In this document: one piece after another, positions 36,374-49,182 of the stretch
How positions within the stretch are numbered: the stretch's first letter is position 1
Layout of the letters: the number at the start of each line of letters is the position of its first letter
Position numbers and translations under genes: made by a program
From: Podarcis bocagei
Lineage: Eukaryota
Direction: 5' to 3' (one strand)
NCBI GenBank assembly: GCA_964188305.1
Contig: OZ076886.1
DNA: 64,000 nt
Notes under the pieces: generated by a model
What the model was told of the DNA's origin: nothing
Databases searched by the model: none
Seen by the model: only the letters and a program-made list of their open reading frames with translations

Positions 36374-36539
36374 AAGAAGAAGAAGAAGAAGAGTTTGGAT
36401 TTGATATCCCACCTTTCACTCCCCTTCAGGAGTCTCAAAGCGGCTAACATTCTCCTTTCCCTTCCTCCCCCACAACAAACACTCTGTGAGGTGAGTGGGG
36501 CTGAGAGACTTCAAAGAAGTGTGACTGGCCCAAGGTCAC
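36374..36539 (-). mobile_element. 5'-truncated CORE-type SINE (same family) with (TTC)n tail
   Basis: High similarity to 38130-38285; ACAAGAC on both flanks. Confidence 0.8.
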
Positions 36540-38127
36540 AAGACCTGTACCCTTTGTAGGGGAAGTACGGGGTCCCAGCAACCATGGATTTTAATCTGGC
36601 TAAGGCACCAGCCTATGCATGCAGATCCCTTCAGGGAAGCTGTCGGCCCAACAAATTAAATTAGTTGGATGGTGATTGGAGAACAGGCACTTTGGGGACA
36701 TGACATATGGCACCTTTCCTAGAGAATATCTAGGGAGGCTCATGTCATCCCAATTCCACGGTGGTGGTGGTGGTGGGAAATCTAAGAGCACAGCTCTGGC
36801 TCAACTCCCTTTTCTGCAAAGGAATTATTTGCCCTATATCCTTTTGTGAGGTAAGAAACATCCCAAGCCGGCTTCAAGGCAATTCAAAAGGGAAATCACA
36901 GCCATCAACTTTCCCACAGCAGTCCTCCACAGAACATTTCACAGTTGTGGTCTGTTATGAAATGAGAGAGAGACACATGACCTCTTCTCACACTGTTGCC
37001 TTAGCTATTGGTAACATTTCTGAAATGTTTTTCTAACTCCTTTATTTGCCAAGAACACCCTATCATCTCAAGAGCTTTACATCAAACCTCAGCAGCTGAG
37101 GGTGAAGCATAAAACCATTAGCACAGGGGGGGGAGGGGGGAACCCAGCAGAACAAGCCCAGCTCCCCAGATTGTGCCACATCAGTTGTCAGCTTCTTATA
37201 ATAGTTCCTTCCATCGCACTTTGCATTTAGCAACGTGGGGGTGAGGGGGGTAGAGAGAGGAGAGGGGCTGGCTTGTTTTAAACATAGTGTGGGAAGTGAA
37301 GGCAGCTTCCCAAAGAGAAAATGAAAAACAAACCCCAAACCCATACAATCTAATGTGGGACGGAGGTTTAGAAACATCAACAGTTGACAAGGAAGAGTGA
37401 CATGCTTCATAAGGGTGTCCAATCCAACGAACATCTGTTGTGTGTATTAAGGGCATCAGGCACACAATATAGCCATCTCAAAGTGAACAACCCAGAACAC
37501 ATAAACCCAGAACAAAATCCCCAATGTGAATTATGAAAGAAGCACCAAGAAGGCACTTCACACATGCTCAGAAGGGTCGCTAAATATCCCGAAGCCCAAC
37601 TATAGCCCGCAGGGCAGAGCTTAAACACAAGCTGCTGGCTCAAGAAAAAAATTATGCTCCAAGTTGCTCCCATCAAGCTTTAAGGAGAAAGGGACCAAGA
37701 TGAGTTGCAGAGAAGCAGCAGAGATACACTCTTCATATCACACTTAAATTACAATTATGTTTAATAGATGCATTCCACACTTCCAGTTCTGCAACCATGA
37801 ATAATGGCTTAATAATGAGACCTTAACTACTGGGTGTTTGTGTGAGATGGAGTCCTTATTCATCAGGATTCCATATGACATTGGCTTTTAGGTCATGCAG
37901 GGTTTCTGTGGGAGTGCTGGAAGTATTGAGAATCAAATGTTATTCCAACCACAGCTTTGGATTCAATGATCACTACTGGTATTTAAAAGGGAAGCTCAGA
38001 ACTCCCCCATAGAAGTAACATAATGGCCTGGTTCTGACAATCATTTCTCAGCTTAAACAAGCCAATATATGCACAAGCCCTTTGCTCATGCTCTCTTTCA
38101 TTTTGCCACCTTTTCACTCCTTGAGTT

Positions 38128-38372
38128 TGAGAGAGTTTGGATTTTATATCCCGCTTTATCACTACCCTAAGGAGTTTCAAAGCGGCTAACAATCTCCTTT
38201 CCCTCCCCCCCCCCACAACAAACACTCTGTGAGGTGGGTGGGGCTGAGAGACTTCAGAGTAGTATGACTAGCCCAAGGTCACCCAGCAGCTGCATGTGGA
38301 GGAGCAGGGAATCGAACCTGGTTCACCAGATTACGAGTCCACTGCTGGCTCTCTTGGCATACACTGCAGTAA
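38128..38372 (-). mobile_element. tRNA-derived CORE-type SINE (Squam3-like)
   Basis: Minus-strand B-box GGTTCGATTCC followed by MIR/CORE-like GGGTGACCTTGGGCTAGTC. Confidence 0.8.
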
Positions 38373-39692
38373 GCTGGTAAGTTTTCAACTAACCATACCT
38401 TCTCATTCCATCCAAACTGGGAAACTATGGTTACCTTGTTTCAGAACTAGCCAGAGTTTTAAACCAGCTATTGCAATAAAGATGAAAAATTCAAAATGTG
38501 AAATCCTAAGTCTGCAGTCCTACACACACTTAACTTGGAGCAAGTCCCGATGAATTCAATGGGACTTACTTCTGTATAGAAATGTAGGCTTGCACTGTAA
38601 TTCCCGTAGGGTCAGAGCAGGTGTGCAGTTGTGAAGTAGCTATTCAACCATGTTTTATGAGCACCAAATCAACTCTTTGCTCTCCCTTTTGGCATCACAG
38701 GATAGGAAAGTGATTCAACACCTAAATCAAAGTCGGCCAACATAATGGGCAGCCAAACTGTATGGATGGATGCTAACTTTCTAGTGACTTCAATGGAGGT
38801 CCTTAGACCTTGCTTCCAAGTGTGCACAGGAATGCAGCCTTGGATTTCATTTAGTGTATACTGTATATCTTCCAGGGGCACCAAGTTACCCAGCAGATAT
38901 CGGTTATCAGCCCGGAGAATGTAACAAAACTAAAGAATCCATGTCTGTGCCACTATTGGGCAGAGATTTATATTTTATCCTCTCAACAAAACCCTGTAGG
39001 ATGGATTAAGTTGAGAGATCGTGACTTGCTCAGGGCCACCTAGCAAGCTTCATGGTCGTGCAGGGATGGATGTTCGGTTTGGCTACATCTCTAATTAAAT
39101 TAGGATTGATCTGCCCTTCTAGAGGCCATCATTAAGGTCACAGGCAGACAGAACACACTGATGCTCCAGCAAAATCTTACATAACAACTGGGGCTGGCAG
39201 GGGGTGGGGGTTGTATTCACATTCCATTGTCTTACACAAACATACCCGAAATTTATGATAGTGAAAAACAAACTGTTTTGAACAATATTTTAAATTTAAT
39301 TTTCAAAATGCAGAACAATTCCCACAATATATTTCATAATAACTAAACACAGAGCTCCTTTTGTTTGACAAAGGGCCTTCCTAAGGTATTACAATTCAGG
39401 GGAATGGCGCTTGATGTTCAAACTAGTATTGGTCCTTGGTAAAAGTAATGGAGGGGGGTGGGAGCGAAAGCCAGGTTGCTGAATCCTGTATCACCAGACA
39501 CCCAGTTTTGAATCAAAAAATGTTTTCCAAGGATAGACTGTGCAGCATCAGATAAATGGGTCACAGCCCAGTTCATTTCATGCATTACTTTCTCCCCATA
39601 GCCAGCACTGCATAAGGGCTTGAAACTAATGCAGAATGCTCAACATTTTTGTTCAGAGATTTAAGAAGGGAAGGAGAAGAAGTTACGGGAGG

Positions 39693-42600
39693 TTCAGGAT
39701 ACCTCTCGTTTGGACAAAAACCACCACCATCAGAAGAAGAGCAACAACTTGGAGCTGTTGGAGGAGTCTTAAGAAAATAACAAGATGGCTTTGCAATTCC
39801 TTAGTTGGAATTGTAATGGACTGAATGGGCCTTTGAAGAGAAGACAAGTATTTCATATTTTGAATAGAGAACAACTGGACTTGATATGTCTACAAGAAAC
39901 TCACATAACTAGAGCTCACAGGAGATTACTCACAAATAAAAGGCTAGGACAAGAATTTATCTCATCAGACAAAGTTAAGAAGAGAGGAGTGGTAATATAT
40001 GTGAAGGAGAAATGGGCTCCAAAAATGATATTCAAAGATGAACAAGGGAGATATCTGGCTGTGGAGATACAAGTACAAGGAGAAAAACTTCTAGTTGTTG
40101 GAATTTATGCACCAAATGAAGGCAAATCTGACTTCTTTAAGAGACTTCATGAAACTTTGACGGACTATCTGGATTACAATATGATAATCATGGGAGACAT
40201 GAATGGCGTGGTCTCCACTAATATGGACAAGGCACAAAGACTAACAGTCACTAAAGAAGGGAGACTCCCTAAGACTTTTTTCGAAATGACAGAAAATATG
40301 GACTTGATAGACATTTGGAGAACAAGGAACCCTCTGGAGAGAGAGGGAACCTTTTTCTCCCAAGCAATGATGACCTGGACCAGAATTGACCAAATCTGGG
40401 TTACTAGTGGACTGGCTCCAAAGATTAAGAAAGTGGAAATCTGCCCAAAAACTTGTTCCGACCATAACGCCGTGAAGATGGAGATGAAACTCACAATAAC
40501 TGGTCAATTTAGATGGAGAATGAATGACACCCTCTTTCGAGATAAGGAGATTCTCACGAAGGCCCAAAAGACCCTAAAAGACTATTTTGAAATAAATTTG
40601 AGGACCGACGTGGAGAAAAGAGTGATCTGGGACGCAAGTAAAGCTGTTATGAGAGGATTTTTGATTCAACAAAATTCAATAAAGAGGAAAAAACAAACTG
40701 AGAAAAAAGAGAAGATTTTGGAAATGATAAAGGAAGGAGAGAGGAAATTAAGAACAAAACCAAAGTCTCAGGACATCTTAAGAGAGATCAAGTTATATCA
40801 AACACAATATATGGAATTGATGAACCAAGAGATTGAATGGAAGATAAAGCAAATGAAGCAAAAGACTTTTGAATCAGCAAATAAATGTGGTAAACTTTTG
40901 GCATGGCAACTGAAGAAAAGGCAGAAATTAAATACAGTTACAAGCCTAGAGGTGGATGGAAAGAACATATCTAAACCCAATGAAATTAGAAATTGCTTTT
41001 TAAGTTATTTTAAAAAACTTTACACTCAAGGCCCGCAAAATGAAGAAGATATAGATAAATTCCTTGGAAGATATGGACTACGAAACATCTCTCATCAAAG
41101 TAAGATGGATTTGAACCAGAGAATCTCAGATCAAGAGATAGAGGCTGCCATTCAGAATATGCAATTGGACAAATCTCCGGGACCAGATGGACTGACTTCC
41201 AGATACTACAAATCGCTGAAGGAATGGCTGACTCAACCACTAAGAGAAGTTTGTAATGAGATTCTTGAGGGAAAAAGGGCACCTGAATCGTGGAAAGAGG
41301 CATATATTTCACTCATACCAAAGTCAGAGACTGAAAAGACCCAACTTAAGAACTACCGCCCAATATCACTGCTTAATGTGGATTACAAAATTTTTGCAGA
41401 CATTTTGGCAAAAAGATTTAAAAGAGTCTTGATGGAGAAGATTCATAGAGACCAAGCAGGCTTTCTCCCTAATAGACACCTAGCAGATAATGTAAGGAAT
41501 GTAATAGACATTTTGGAAAAGCTAGAGGTGAATATAAACACTAAAGCAGTATTGATCTTTGTGGATGCGGAGAAAGCCTTTGATAATATTTCTTGGAGTT
41601 TTATGAGGAAGAATCTTCATGGGATGGGGGTAGGCCAGGGTTTTGAGAATGGTATGGCTGCAATATATTCTGAACAAAAAGCTAAACTGATTGTAAATAA
41701 TGTTGTGACTGAGGAACTTAAGATAGAAAAAGGAACACGACAGGGGTGCCCAATTTCCCCATTACTTTTTATTTCAGTTCTGGAGGTGTTACTGAACATG
41801 ATAAGAAATGACCAGCAGGTCAAAGGTGTGCAGGTCGGAGCTAAACAGTATAAGTTAAGAGCGTATGCAGATGACCTAGTATTGACTTTGCAAGAGCCAA
41901 ACACTAGTACGAAAAAGGTCCTAGAAATAATACAACAATTTGGCCAGGTAGCTGGATTTAAGTTGAATAAGCAAAAAACTAAAGTTTTAGGGAAAAATCT
42001 AACAGATATGGAAAAGGAGAAATTTCAAGAGGAAACAGGTTTGACTGTGGTCAAGAAGGTGAAATACCTAGGGGTTTATTTAACATCTAAGAATGCGAAT
42101 TTGTATAAGGACAACTATGAAAAATGTTGGTCAGAAATTAAAAAAGACCTAGAAATATGGTCAAATTTGAAACTGTCAATGTTAGGCCGAATTGCAGTAA
42201 TTAAAATGAATGTATTGCCTAGAATGTTATTTTTGTTCCAGACCTTGCAGATTCTTGACAAGATGGAATGTTTTAAGAGGTGGCACAAAGACATCTCGAA
42301 ATTTGTCTGGCAGGGCAAAAAGCCCCGAATTAAATTTAAAATATTGACTGACGCTAAAGAAAGAGGGGGTTTTGCCCTGCCGGACCTAAAATTGTATTAT
42401 GAGGCAGCAGCTTTTTGCTGGCTGAAAGAATGGATGCTCCTCGAGAACACGGACATCTTGGATCTGGAAGGTTTCAATAATGCTTTCGGTTGGCATGCAT
42501 ATCTTTGGTATGATAAAGTTAACAGCGCCTTTAAAAATCACATTGTTAGAAAAGCATTATTTAATGTTTGGATAAGATATAAAGATCTATTGGAAAATAA

Positions 42601-43787
42601 AACCCCTAGATGGGTGTCACCAGTGGAGGCTAAAGCAGTGAAGAAACTCAATATGGAGGTCGGATGGCCGAAGTATTGGGAGATCTTAGAACAGGATGGA
42701 GATAAATTCAAACTACAAAGTCAGGAGAAATTGAAGCATAAAGTAGAAAATTGGTTCCAATATCGCCAAATAATGGAATTTTTTAAACAGGATAGGAAAA
42801 TCGGTTTCCAGGTGGAAAAATCAAAACTAGAGACCGAACTGTTAGAACCCAATACTAAGAATTTATCTAGAATGTACAACTTGTTGTTGAAATGGAACAC
42901 ACAGGATGAAACAGTTAAATCGGCTATGATTAAGTGGGCTCAGGATGTTGGACATAACATTATGTCAGCTGACTGGGAATGGTTATGGAACACCGGTATT
43001 AAATTTACGGCATGTAATGCCTTAAAGGAAAACATTATGAAGATGGTTTACAGGTGGTACATGACCCCAGTCAAACTGGCAAAAATCTATCATTTGCCCG
43101 ACAATAAATGTTGGAAGTGTAAAGAGACTGAAGGTACTTTCTATCACCTTTGGTGGACATGCCCGAAGATAAAGGCCTTTTGGGAAATGATCTATAATGA
43201 AATGAAAAAGGTACTTAAATGTACCTTCTCTAAAAAACCAGAGGCCTTCCTCTTGGGCATTGTCGGCCAATTGGTGACAAAGAAAGATAGAACTTTCTTT
43301 ATGTATGCCACAACAGCAGCAAGAATACTTATCGCAAAGTATTGGAAGACACAAGATTTACCCACTTTGGAAGAATGGCAGATGAAAGTGATGGACTATA
43401 TGACACTGGCCGAGATGACAGGCAGAATCCGTGATCAACGAAAAGAGACGGTGGAAGAAGAATGGAGAAAATTTAAAAGTTATCTTAAGGACTACTATAA
43501 ACTTAATGAATGCTAAAATGTTGTGGTTTCCAGAAGCAAAAGGGTACAGGGATACAAGGTTAGACTATAAAAGAGATTAAGATGACAGAGATTAGAAAGT
43601 AACAACTGGGAGTTGCTTGTTGAATTATGGACATTGGGATGCAGAGAGGGGGGGTATGGGGAAGTTCAAGAAAAGAGGTTTATGAAAATATGTTTGAAAC
43701 TATACATGTATGTCTGTCACTTTTTGTGTTTGTTTGTTTTTCCTAAAAATGTTGTAAAACCAATAAAAATTTTATATATATAAAAAA
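39693..43787 (+). mobile_element. L1-clade LINE, 5'-truncated, antisense in SEPTIN8 intron 1
   Basis: Perfect 16-bp TSD AAGAAGTTACGGGAGG (39677-39692 and 43788-43803); AATAAA at about 43762 and an A-rich tail; putative ORF1 C-terminus ends with TAA 4 nt before the ORF2 ATG. Confidence 0.95.
39785..43516 (+). CDS. L1 ORF2p: APE endonuclease + reverse transcriptase + CCHC knuckle, 1243 aa, uninterrupted
   Basis: APE motifs (SWNCNG, LQET, GDMN, SDH); RT motifs (KSPGPDG, YRPISLLNVDYKI, DAEKAFD, GTRQGCP, YADD, YLG); C-terminal CWKC...H...C. Confidence 0.96.
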   Translation: MALQFLSWNCNGLNGPLKRRQVFHILNREQLDLICLQETHITRAHRRLLTNKRLGQEFISSDKVKKRGVVIYVKEKWAPKMIFKDEQGRYLAVEIQVQGEKLLVVGIYAPNEGKSDFFKRLHETLTDYLDYNMIIMGDMNGVVSTNMDKAQRLTVTKEGRLPKTFFEMTENMDLIDIWRTRNPLEREGTFFSQAMMTWTRIDQIWVTSGLAPKIKKVEICPKTCSDHNAVKMEMKLTITGQFRWRMNDTLFRDKEILTKAQKTLKDYFEINLRTDVEKRVIWDASKAVMRGFLIQQNSIKRKKQTEKKEKILEMIKEGERKLRTKPKSQDILREIKLYQTQYMELMNQEIEWKIKQMKQKTFESANKCGKLLAWQLKKRQKLNTVTSLEVDGKNISKPNEIRNCFLSYFKKLYTQGPQNEEDIDKFLGRYGLRNISHQSKMDLNQRISDQEIEAAIQNMQLDKSPGPDGLTSRYYKSLKEWLTQPLREVCNEILEGKRAPESWKEAYISLIPKSETEKTQLKNYRPISLLNVDYKIFADILAKRFKRVLMEKIHRDQAGFLPNRHLADNVRNVIDILEKLEVNINTKAVLIFVDAEKAFDNISWSFMRKNLHGMGVGQGFENGMAAIYSEQKAKLIVNNVVTEELKIEKGTRQGCPISPLLFISVLEVLLNMIRNDQQVKGVQVGAKQYKLRAYADDLVLTLQEPNTSTKKVLEIIQQFGQVAGFKLNKQKTKVLGKNLTDMEKEKFQEETGLTVVKKVKYLGVYLTSKNANLYKDNYEKCWSEIKKDLEIWSNLKLSMLGRIAVIKMNVLPRMLFLFQTLQILDKMECFKRWHKDISKFVWQGKKPRIKFKILTDAKERGGFALPDLKLYYEAAAFCWLKEWMLLENTDILDLEGFNNAFGWHAYLWYDKVNSAFKNHIVRKALFNVWIRYKDLLENKTPRWVSPVEAKAVKKLNMEVGWPKYWEILEQDGDKFKLQSQEKLKHKVENWFQYRQIMEFFKQDRKIGFQVEKSKLETELLEPNTKNLSRMYNLLLKWNTQDETVKSAMIKWAQDVGHNIMSADWEWLWNTGIKFTACNALKENIMKMVYRWYMTPVKLAKIYHLPDNKCWKCKETEGTFYHLWWTCPKIKAFWEMIYNEMKKVLKCTFSKKPEAFLLGIVGQLVTKKDRTFFMYATTAARILIAKYWKTQDLPTLEEWQMKVMDYMTLAEMTGRIRDQRKETVEEEWRKFKSYLKDYYKLNEC

Positions 43788-44944
43788 AAGAAGTTACGGG
43801 AGGGATGCACTAAAACCATGGAGAGAAAGGAATTTCTATATATGATGTTAGCTCAAACTATGACAACTTGAGCTTGGGAAGTTAAGCTATTCCCAATACA
43901 TGAAAATAAAAGGTGTTGGTCATCACTGTAATTCCTCCTGAATAACTCTACAGTAACATATAAGCTTTTGAACACCGCCAATGGCAGCTTTAAACCTACA
44001 CAAATCCCATCCAGCTTGGCTTCTGGTAGCAATTATACAGCATATACTGCCTTCACCATTCACCTAATAGAAACGATGTTTTAGATTTCTTGATGCCACA
44101 CAAAAGCAATAACCTGAGCAGCGCTTTTGTGCTTTGTTTTGCATTCTGAGTGGTTCAAACATTATCACGGGAACAATTTTCCTCCGAGCTAATTACTCTC
44201 AATAGAAACACAAGTAGCCACTGAGAGCAAGTTTCTGGCAAGGTTTCAAGGTACTGGCGCTGGAAGGGAATACAAATGACTTGAGCTTGCTGTTTTAGCA
44301 AAACCCTCAACTCGGTTTATTTTTATTCCCATTGTATCAGTGCCTACATGGATGTGCTTTCAACACTAACAACAAACAGCAGAACTTTTAAGTTATTCCT
44401 CCCCTCAAAAAAATTGGCATTACCACAATTATTTGGCATTTATGCTATAACTAGTGAAATTCCATCATTATGATGGACTGGGGAGGAGAGGGGGGGGTCC
44501 ACGTTGCAGGCACTTCAAGATGCGCAATTTGGCTGTGTGCATAGACAGAGGAAATCCCATTAATCCCACAGTGCCTGCTCCAGTATCAAGTTTTGCCCTC
44601 CTGCCATGATGTACCCAAGAACGGCAGTTTACGCTCCTGCGCATAACTGCATGCTTTCATTCTCACTGTGGATTGTCCTCCACTATTGACTGTTTCAAAC
44701 GCTCTCTTTTGCGAACCGCATGCAGATTGCAACCAACAGTGTGACGTGTACACGTGCATTTCACTGCGCACACATGGGCAAGTGCAGCTTCCGTACATGT
44801 GTGCATGCCATCAGTGAAGCGGACATATGATCATCACATGATACTTTTTTCCACTCCACCCCCCCCCCCCCATGGATGAGCTTTCCATTCAGGAGGAAAT
44901 GCTGCGAGCCCTGTTGATTCAGGCTGCTTAACTGTGCTCTTGCT

Positions 44945-45375
44945 TTAATCTCAACTCTCCCACTTTGATTTGCCCCCACACTAAAACTCCACGGAAGGTC
45001 CCGATAGACCTCTTGTCCTTCGGCATATATAGGCACCACCGTTTAGCTCAGCTTACTGGACTGGAGTGTTTGTCTCTTGGGTATATTCTTGGGTATGAAC
45101 GCAATTTCCATCATTCCGCTTGCGGAATGCTCTCCCCAGGGAGGCTTGCCGGGCGCTTTTGTGACATATTTTTAGGCACCAGGCAAAAACATTCCTCTTC
45201 TCACAGGCCTTTGGCTAATTAAACAATCTATGGCCTTTTAAACTGTGCGTGTGTGCGTGGTTTTTATTGTTTTTGTTTGTTACTATGTTATGTATTTTTG
45301 TGTTTTTACATTGTATAACCCACCCTGTGATCCTCCGATGAAGGGCAGTATAGATGTGTAATAAAAAAATTAAAA
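44945..45375 (+). mobile_element. L2-clade LINE 3' fragment, decayed
   Basis: Degenerate LHW...WNAL.....F.....KTFLFSQAFG* end and AT-rich tail. Confidence 0.65.
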
Positions 45376-45999
45376 AATTTCACTCTAGCACCCATTACAA
45401 TGCCTCTCCCCCCTTTTTCATTTCCCCCTATGAGGCATCAACCACCAGGCTGTGTACACACCGTACCTTTAAAGCACATTTGAAGCACATTCTTGCCCTC
45501 AAAGATTTCTGGGCACAGGAGTCTGCCCTTCACAGAGTTACAATTCCCAGAAGCTCCTAACAAACTTAACCCTTAACAGTGCCAGCAGCAGTGCACAAGC
45601 TCAACTGTCATATATAACAGCCGCAGTTGCACTATATATTTTGCACATGCAAATGTCGCCGCACACCATCCATCAGTTTTGAATGTTCCACTGACTACCC
45701 TATTAACAAGGGTTCCGGCTAGTGGGGTGGCTGCTATGCCAGCAGAAAGACACCTCTGAATATTACCCTACATTCATTTAAAGAATTTGCATCTTCAGAA
45801 AATCCCAGTGCAGGAGTTAGCCAACCCTGAGTTAGTTCCTTTCATAACACAGAGTTCCACTTGACTTATGCCATAGGCTGCAACACAATAAATAAACCTC
45901 CAGATGGCCAGAGAAAATGCTTGTGTGAATTAGCACAAGCTAAAAGCCAGGAAGGACACAATATAATTGTTCAAATGAGCAGTTAGAAACCCATAGATG

Positions 46000-46167
46000 C
46001 AGTGGCGTAGCGTGGGTTGCCAGCACCCGGGGCAAGGCAAGTAATTTGCGCCCCCTAGCCCGTGGATTTGCGCCCCCTAACCCGTGGATTTGTGCCCCCT
46101 AACCCTAACCCCCAGATGTTGCGCCCGGTGCGGCCAGCCCCCCTGCACCCCCCACGCTACGCCACTG
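46000..46167 (+). mobile_element. hAT-type MITE (CAGTGGCGTAGCGTGGG TIR)
   Basis: Perfect 8-bp TSD CATAGATG; three internal ~21-bp repeats. Confidence 0.92.
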
Positions 46168-47087
46168 CATAGATGCAAGGCAGTATCAGATCGTTTTAAC
46201 TAACCTGTGCCTTTCATAGAGTGCAATGAGATTATACAATGTATACAGTTATATGTACACAATGTATATATAACAGCAGCTGTACATTTTGTAATTGTTT
46301 CATTTCTTCTTAACAGGAGGTTCCTGCAGACCCAACATAAATATACAAAACACTTCCCAAACTTTCCATCTGACATTTCCAACACACTACAAGGCACAGT
46401 CTTAGTTTGTGCCTCATAAATGTGCATTTAAATGATGTTGCCATTCAGAGACACCCACAGTGTTGGCTTAGAAAGCCATTCCTTGGCTTCTGTCTTGTTT
46501 AGATGCCAACATTTACACAATTAAGGATTTGCAATGGCCAGAGACATCTGGCAACTCAAACAAAACATTGGCTGTGTTCTAGACAGGATAATGGCACACA
46601 CAGAGGTTTGACAATCAGCCTTCAAAAAAGAAATTATTCTGAAAGAAAAAAATTGTTGTTTGTTTTAGTAAGCATACTAAGGCATACATAAAACTAGTAT
46701 GTCCCATGGTTTTATGGGGAAAGAGATCTCTCATTCTTTCACAGAGCTAGATAAAAAGTGTCTGAAAGAGACAGCACAGATTGGTTAAATGCATAATGGG
46801 CATGAAATTTCATTCATGCATGTTGCGCGAATGCATATCACAGACTTGAGGAATTCAAGGCTGATAGAGGTTTGGACTATTAGCTGAACTGTGTTTGCAT
46901 ACCCTCACGTCCAAGATAATGTGATATATATATATATGTGCAGTGTCAACATCACGTATGGGGCTTCCAACAGACAGTTCACATTTCTATAATCAGCTTA
47001 TGTCAATAGGAAGATACTATTTAGCCTCAGTAGAAATGGTAGGTTCAGGCCCATAATTACAGCTGCTCATCATTACTGGAGTAAAAG

Positions 47088-47518
47088 CAGGGTTCGAAAT
47101 TAGCAGGGAGCCAGGTGCATTTCACGCATAAAGATTCTCCATTTGCAAGCAGCTCAAAAAGTCTGGGTGCCATTTTTTTGCACCTGGCTGACACTCAAGG
47201 ATTACTGAAATGTATGTGCTTTGAAGCCTCAAAGAATATGTTAAGGACAGACAATATGTTAAGAGTACAGTAGAGTGTTTTGAAAACTGAAATATATACC
47301 AGTATTTTTATTGTAAGCACCAAATTAAACGTGTATTAACAATTTATGTTAGAAATGTGATATTAACAATATGTCACTTATGTGAATTGCGTATTAGTTC
47401 ATGCTTATACAATAATAAATAAAAAGTGTTGCTGAACGGCAACTAGACATTCTGTTTTGGCGTCCACAACCCAGGAGCCATTTGGCTCCTAGCTTTTCTC
47501 TCCCAGTTTCTAACACAG
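47088..47518. mobile_element. hAT-type non-autonomous element
   Basis: Imperfect TIR CAGGGTTCGAAA / TTTCTAACACAG, perfect 8-bp TSD AGTAAAAG. Confidence 0.75.
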
Positions 47519-48798
47519 AGTAAAAGCCACTAGCAAACAGAAAAAGCTCACTTTTGCTTCTCTCTGTTATGCACTTCAAGTTTCGAGTTGCGTAAGTAAT
47601 CGCAGCAATATATTGGCAGCCAACTATGTGGGTAATACTTCTGCTGAGCATCTGACTTCCCCGCCCAGGAATTATTAAATCGAGGACAGGGAACCTGTGG
47701 TCCTCCTGACTCCAACTCCCATGAGCCCTGATCATGAGCCACGATAGCAGGGTTTTTTGTTTTTTTAAAAAGCATATCTGGAGGGCCAAAGGTTTCCCAC
47801 TCGATTAAGATTAAATGCACCGAGAAGAATCCCCTTTGGGCGACAGCTGGTTCAGAATGAAAGAGGCTCATCTCTTTGAGATCCTGCACACAACATCCAC
47901 AAGAAACAGCCCCTGTTTTCAGTGCGACTTGCTCAGAGGTGAGCAGAGGGAGTCGAGTCCATGCAGACATGCACAGGACCCAGCTGCAAGGACCCTTTTT
48001 TGAATTGCAGCTGCTGTTTCCATTCCTGAAGGCCAGCTGCCCATCTCCTGCCGCAGAGACTAAACAAATACTGCAGGGCAGGGCAAAAAGTCCATCGGAA
48101 TGGGAAGATCCCCGATGCCTCGGAAGGAGAAAGTCGGCTGGTGGGTCTTATCCGACTACCTACGACAGTCCACTCCTTGGGTGCAGGCCACATGTATTAA
48201 AACGCTGCGGCAGCCTTGGCACCTGGTACAGCTGTACAAAACCCATAGAGGATTCCTCCCCCCCCCCCAGGCTGCAACCCTACCCAGAAATAAGCCCCAC
48301 TGAATTTGGCGGGGCTTACCCCCAGGTAAGAGGGGTGGGAAACGCAGCCTTAGCCCCCACGCTCCCACAGAGTCGCGCCGAGGACTACAGGTCCCCACCA
48401 TTCCAGTCCCTCCATCGCCATCTATCCTGGCAGAAAGGCACAAGCCCCCTCCCCACCCTGCCAAACGCGTGTTTCGTGGCGGAGCTGGCAATCCGGTGAG
48501 TAAGTGACAACACGCCTGCCTGCTGGAGAGTGCGCCGAGACGCGCAGCCTCTTCTGCAGAAGGCGGCGACTCCCTTCCCCGGGAGATCCCTGATGCCCCA
48601 GGCTCAGCCCAATTCAGACGGGCAGCCCCCGCGCGGCCCGGAGTCCCGTCCCTAAACTCCCCCACGGCGAGCCCTTTCCCACGGCGCAGCCCCCGCCAGC
48701 CCGGGTCTCTAAGCTCTTGGAGGGAGCGGCGTGCGCGCGGCGCCCCTGCCCTCCTGGCTAGAGACGAGGCTGCTGCTGCTGCGGCTGCTGCTACTCAC

Positions 48799-48828
48799 AG
48801 AGAAGCGCTCCAGCTCCGTCGCAGCCAT
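48799..48828 (-). CDS. SEPTIN8: Septin-8 coding exon 1 (MAATELERFS)
   Basis: Minus strand reads GCC-ATG GCT GCG ACG GAG CTG GAG CGC TTC TCT|GTGAGT. It has a Kozak-like start and a phase-0 donor, matches the SEPT8 N-terminus (MAATDLERFS), and lies in a CpG island. Confidence 0.93.
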
Positions 48829-49182
48829 GGCAGGGAGATCCGGGGGCCGAAGGGCGAAGGGGTTCCTGCTCCTGGGGCTCTAGCAAGCCGTCTTGCCGGG
48901 AACCTGCTCCTCTCCTCCTGCTCCTCCTCCCTGGGCTGAGGCAACTGAATGAATCCAATATGGCCACTTCCTGGAAACTCCCCCTTCTCCGGCTGGGGAG
49001 GACGCGGGACGCCGCCCTCGCCCGGGGCGCCGTGGGGCGGCGAGGAGCTGGCGGAACCGGGGAGCCCGCTCGTCCCACGGAGCCTCGACGCCCAGCCCGT
49101 CCGGCAGGAGAACGCCCCGCGAATGGGAAGGGGGAAGGCGGCGGCGCCGAACCGCAGCTGCCCGGCGTGCGCGGTCCGGAGA

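Noticed and set aside
40174-43354. Antisense ORFs within the L1
   Set aside because: Shadow frames of the A-rich ORF2; no independent features.
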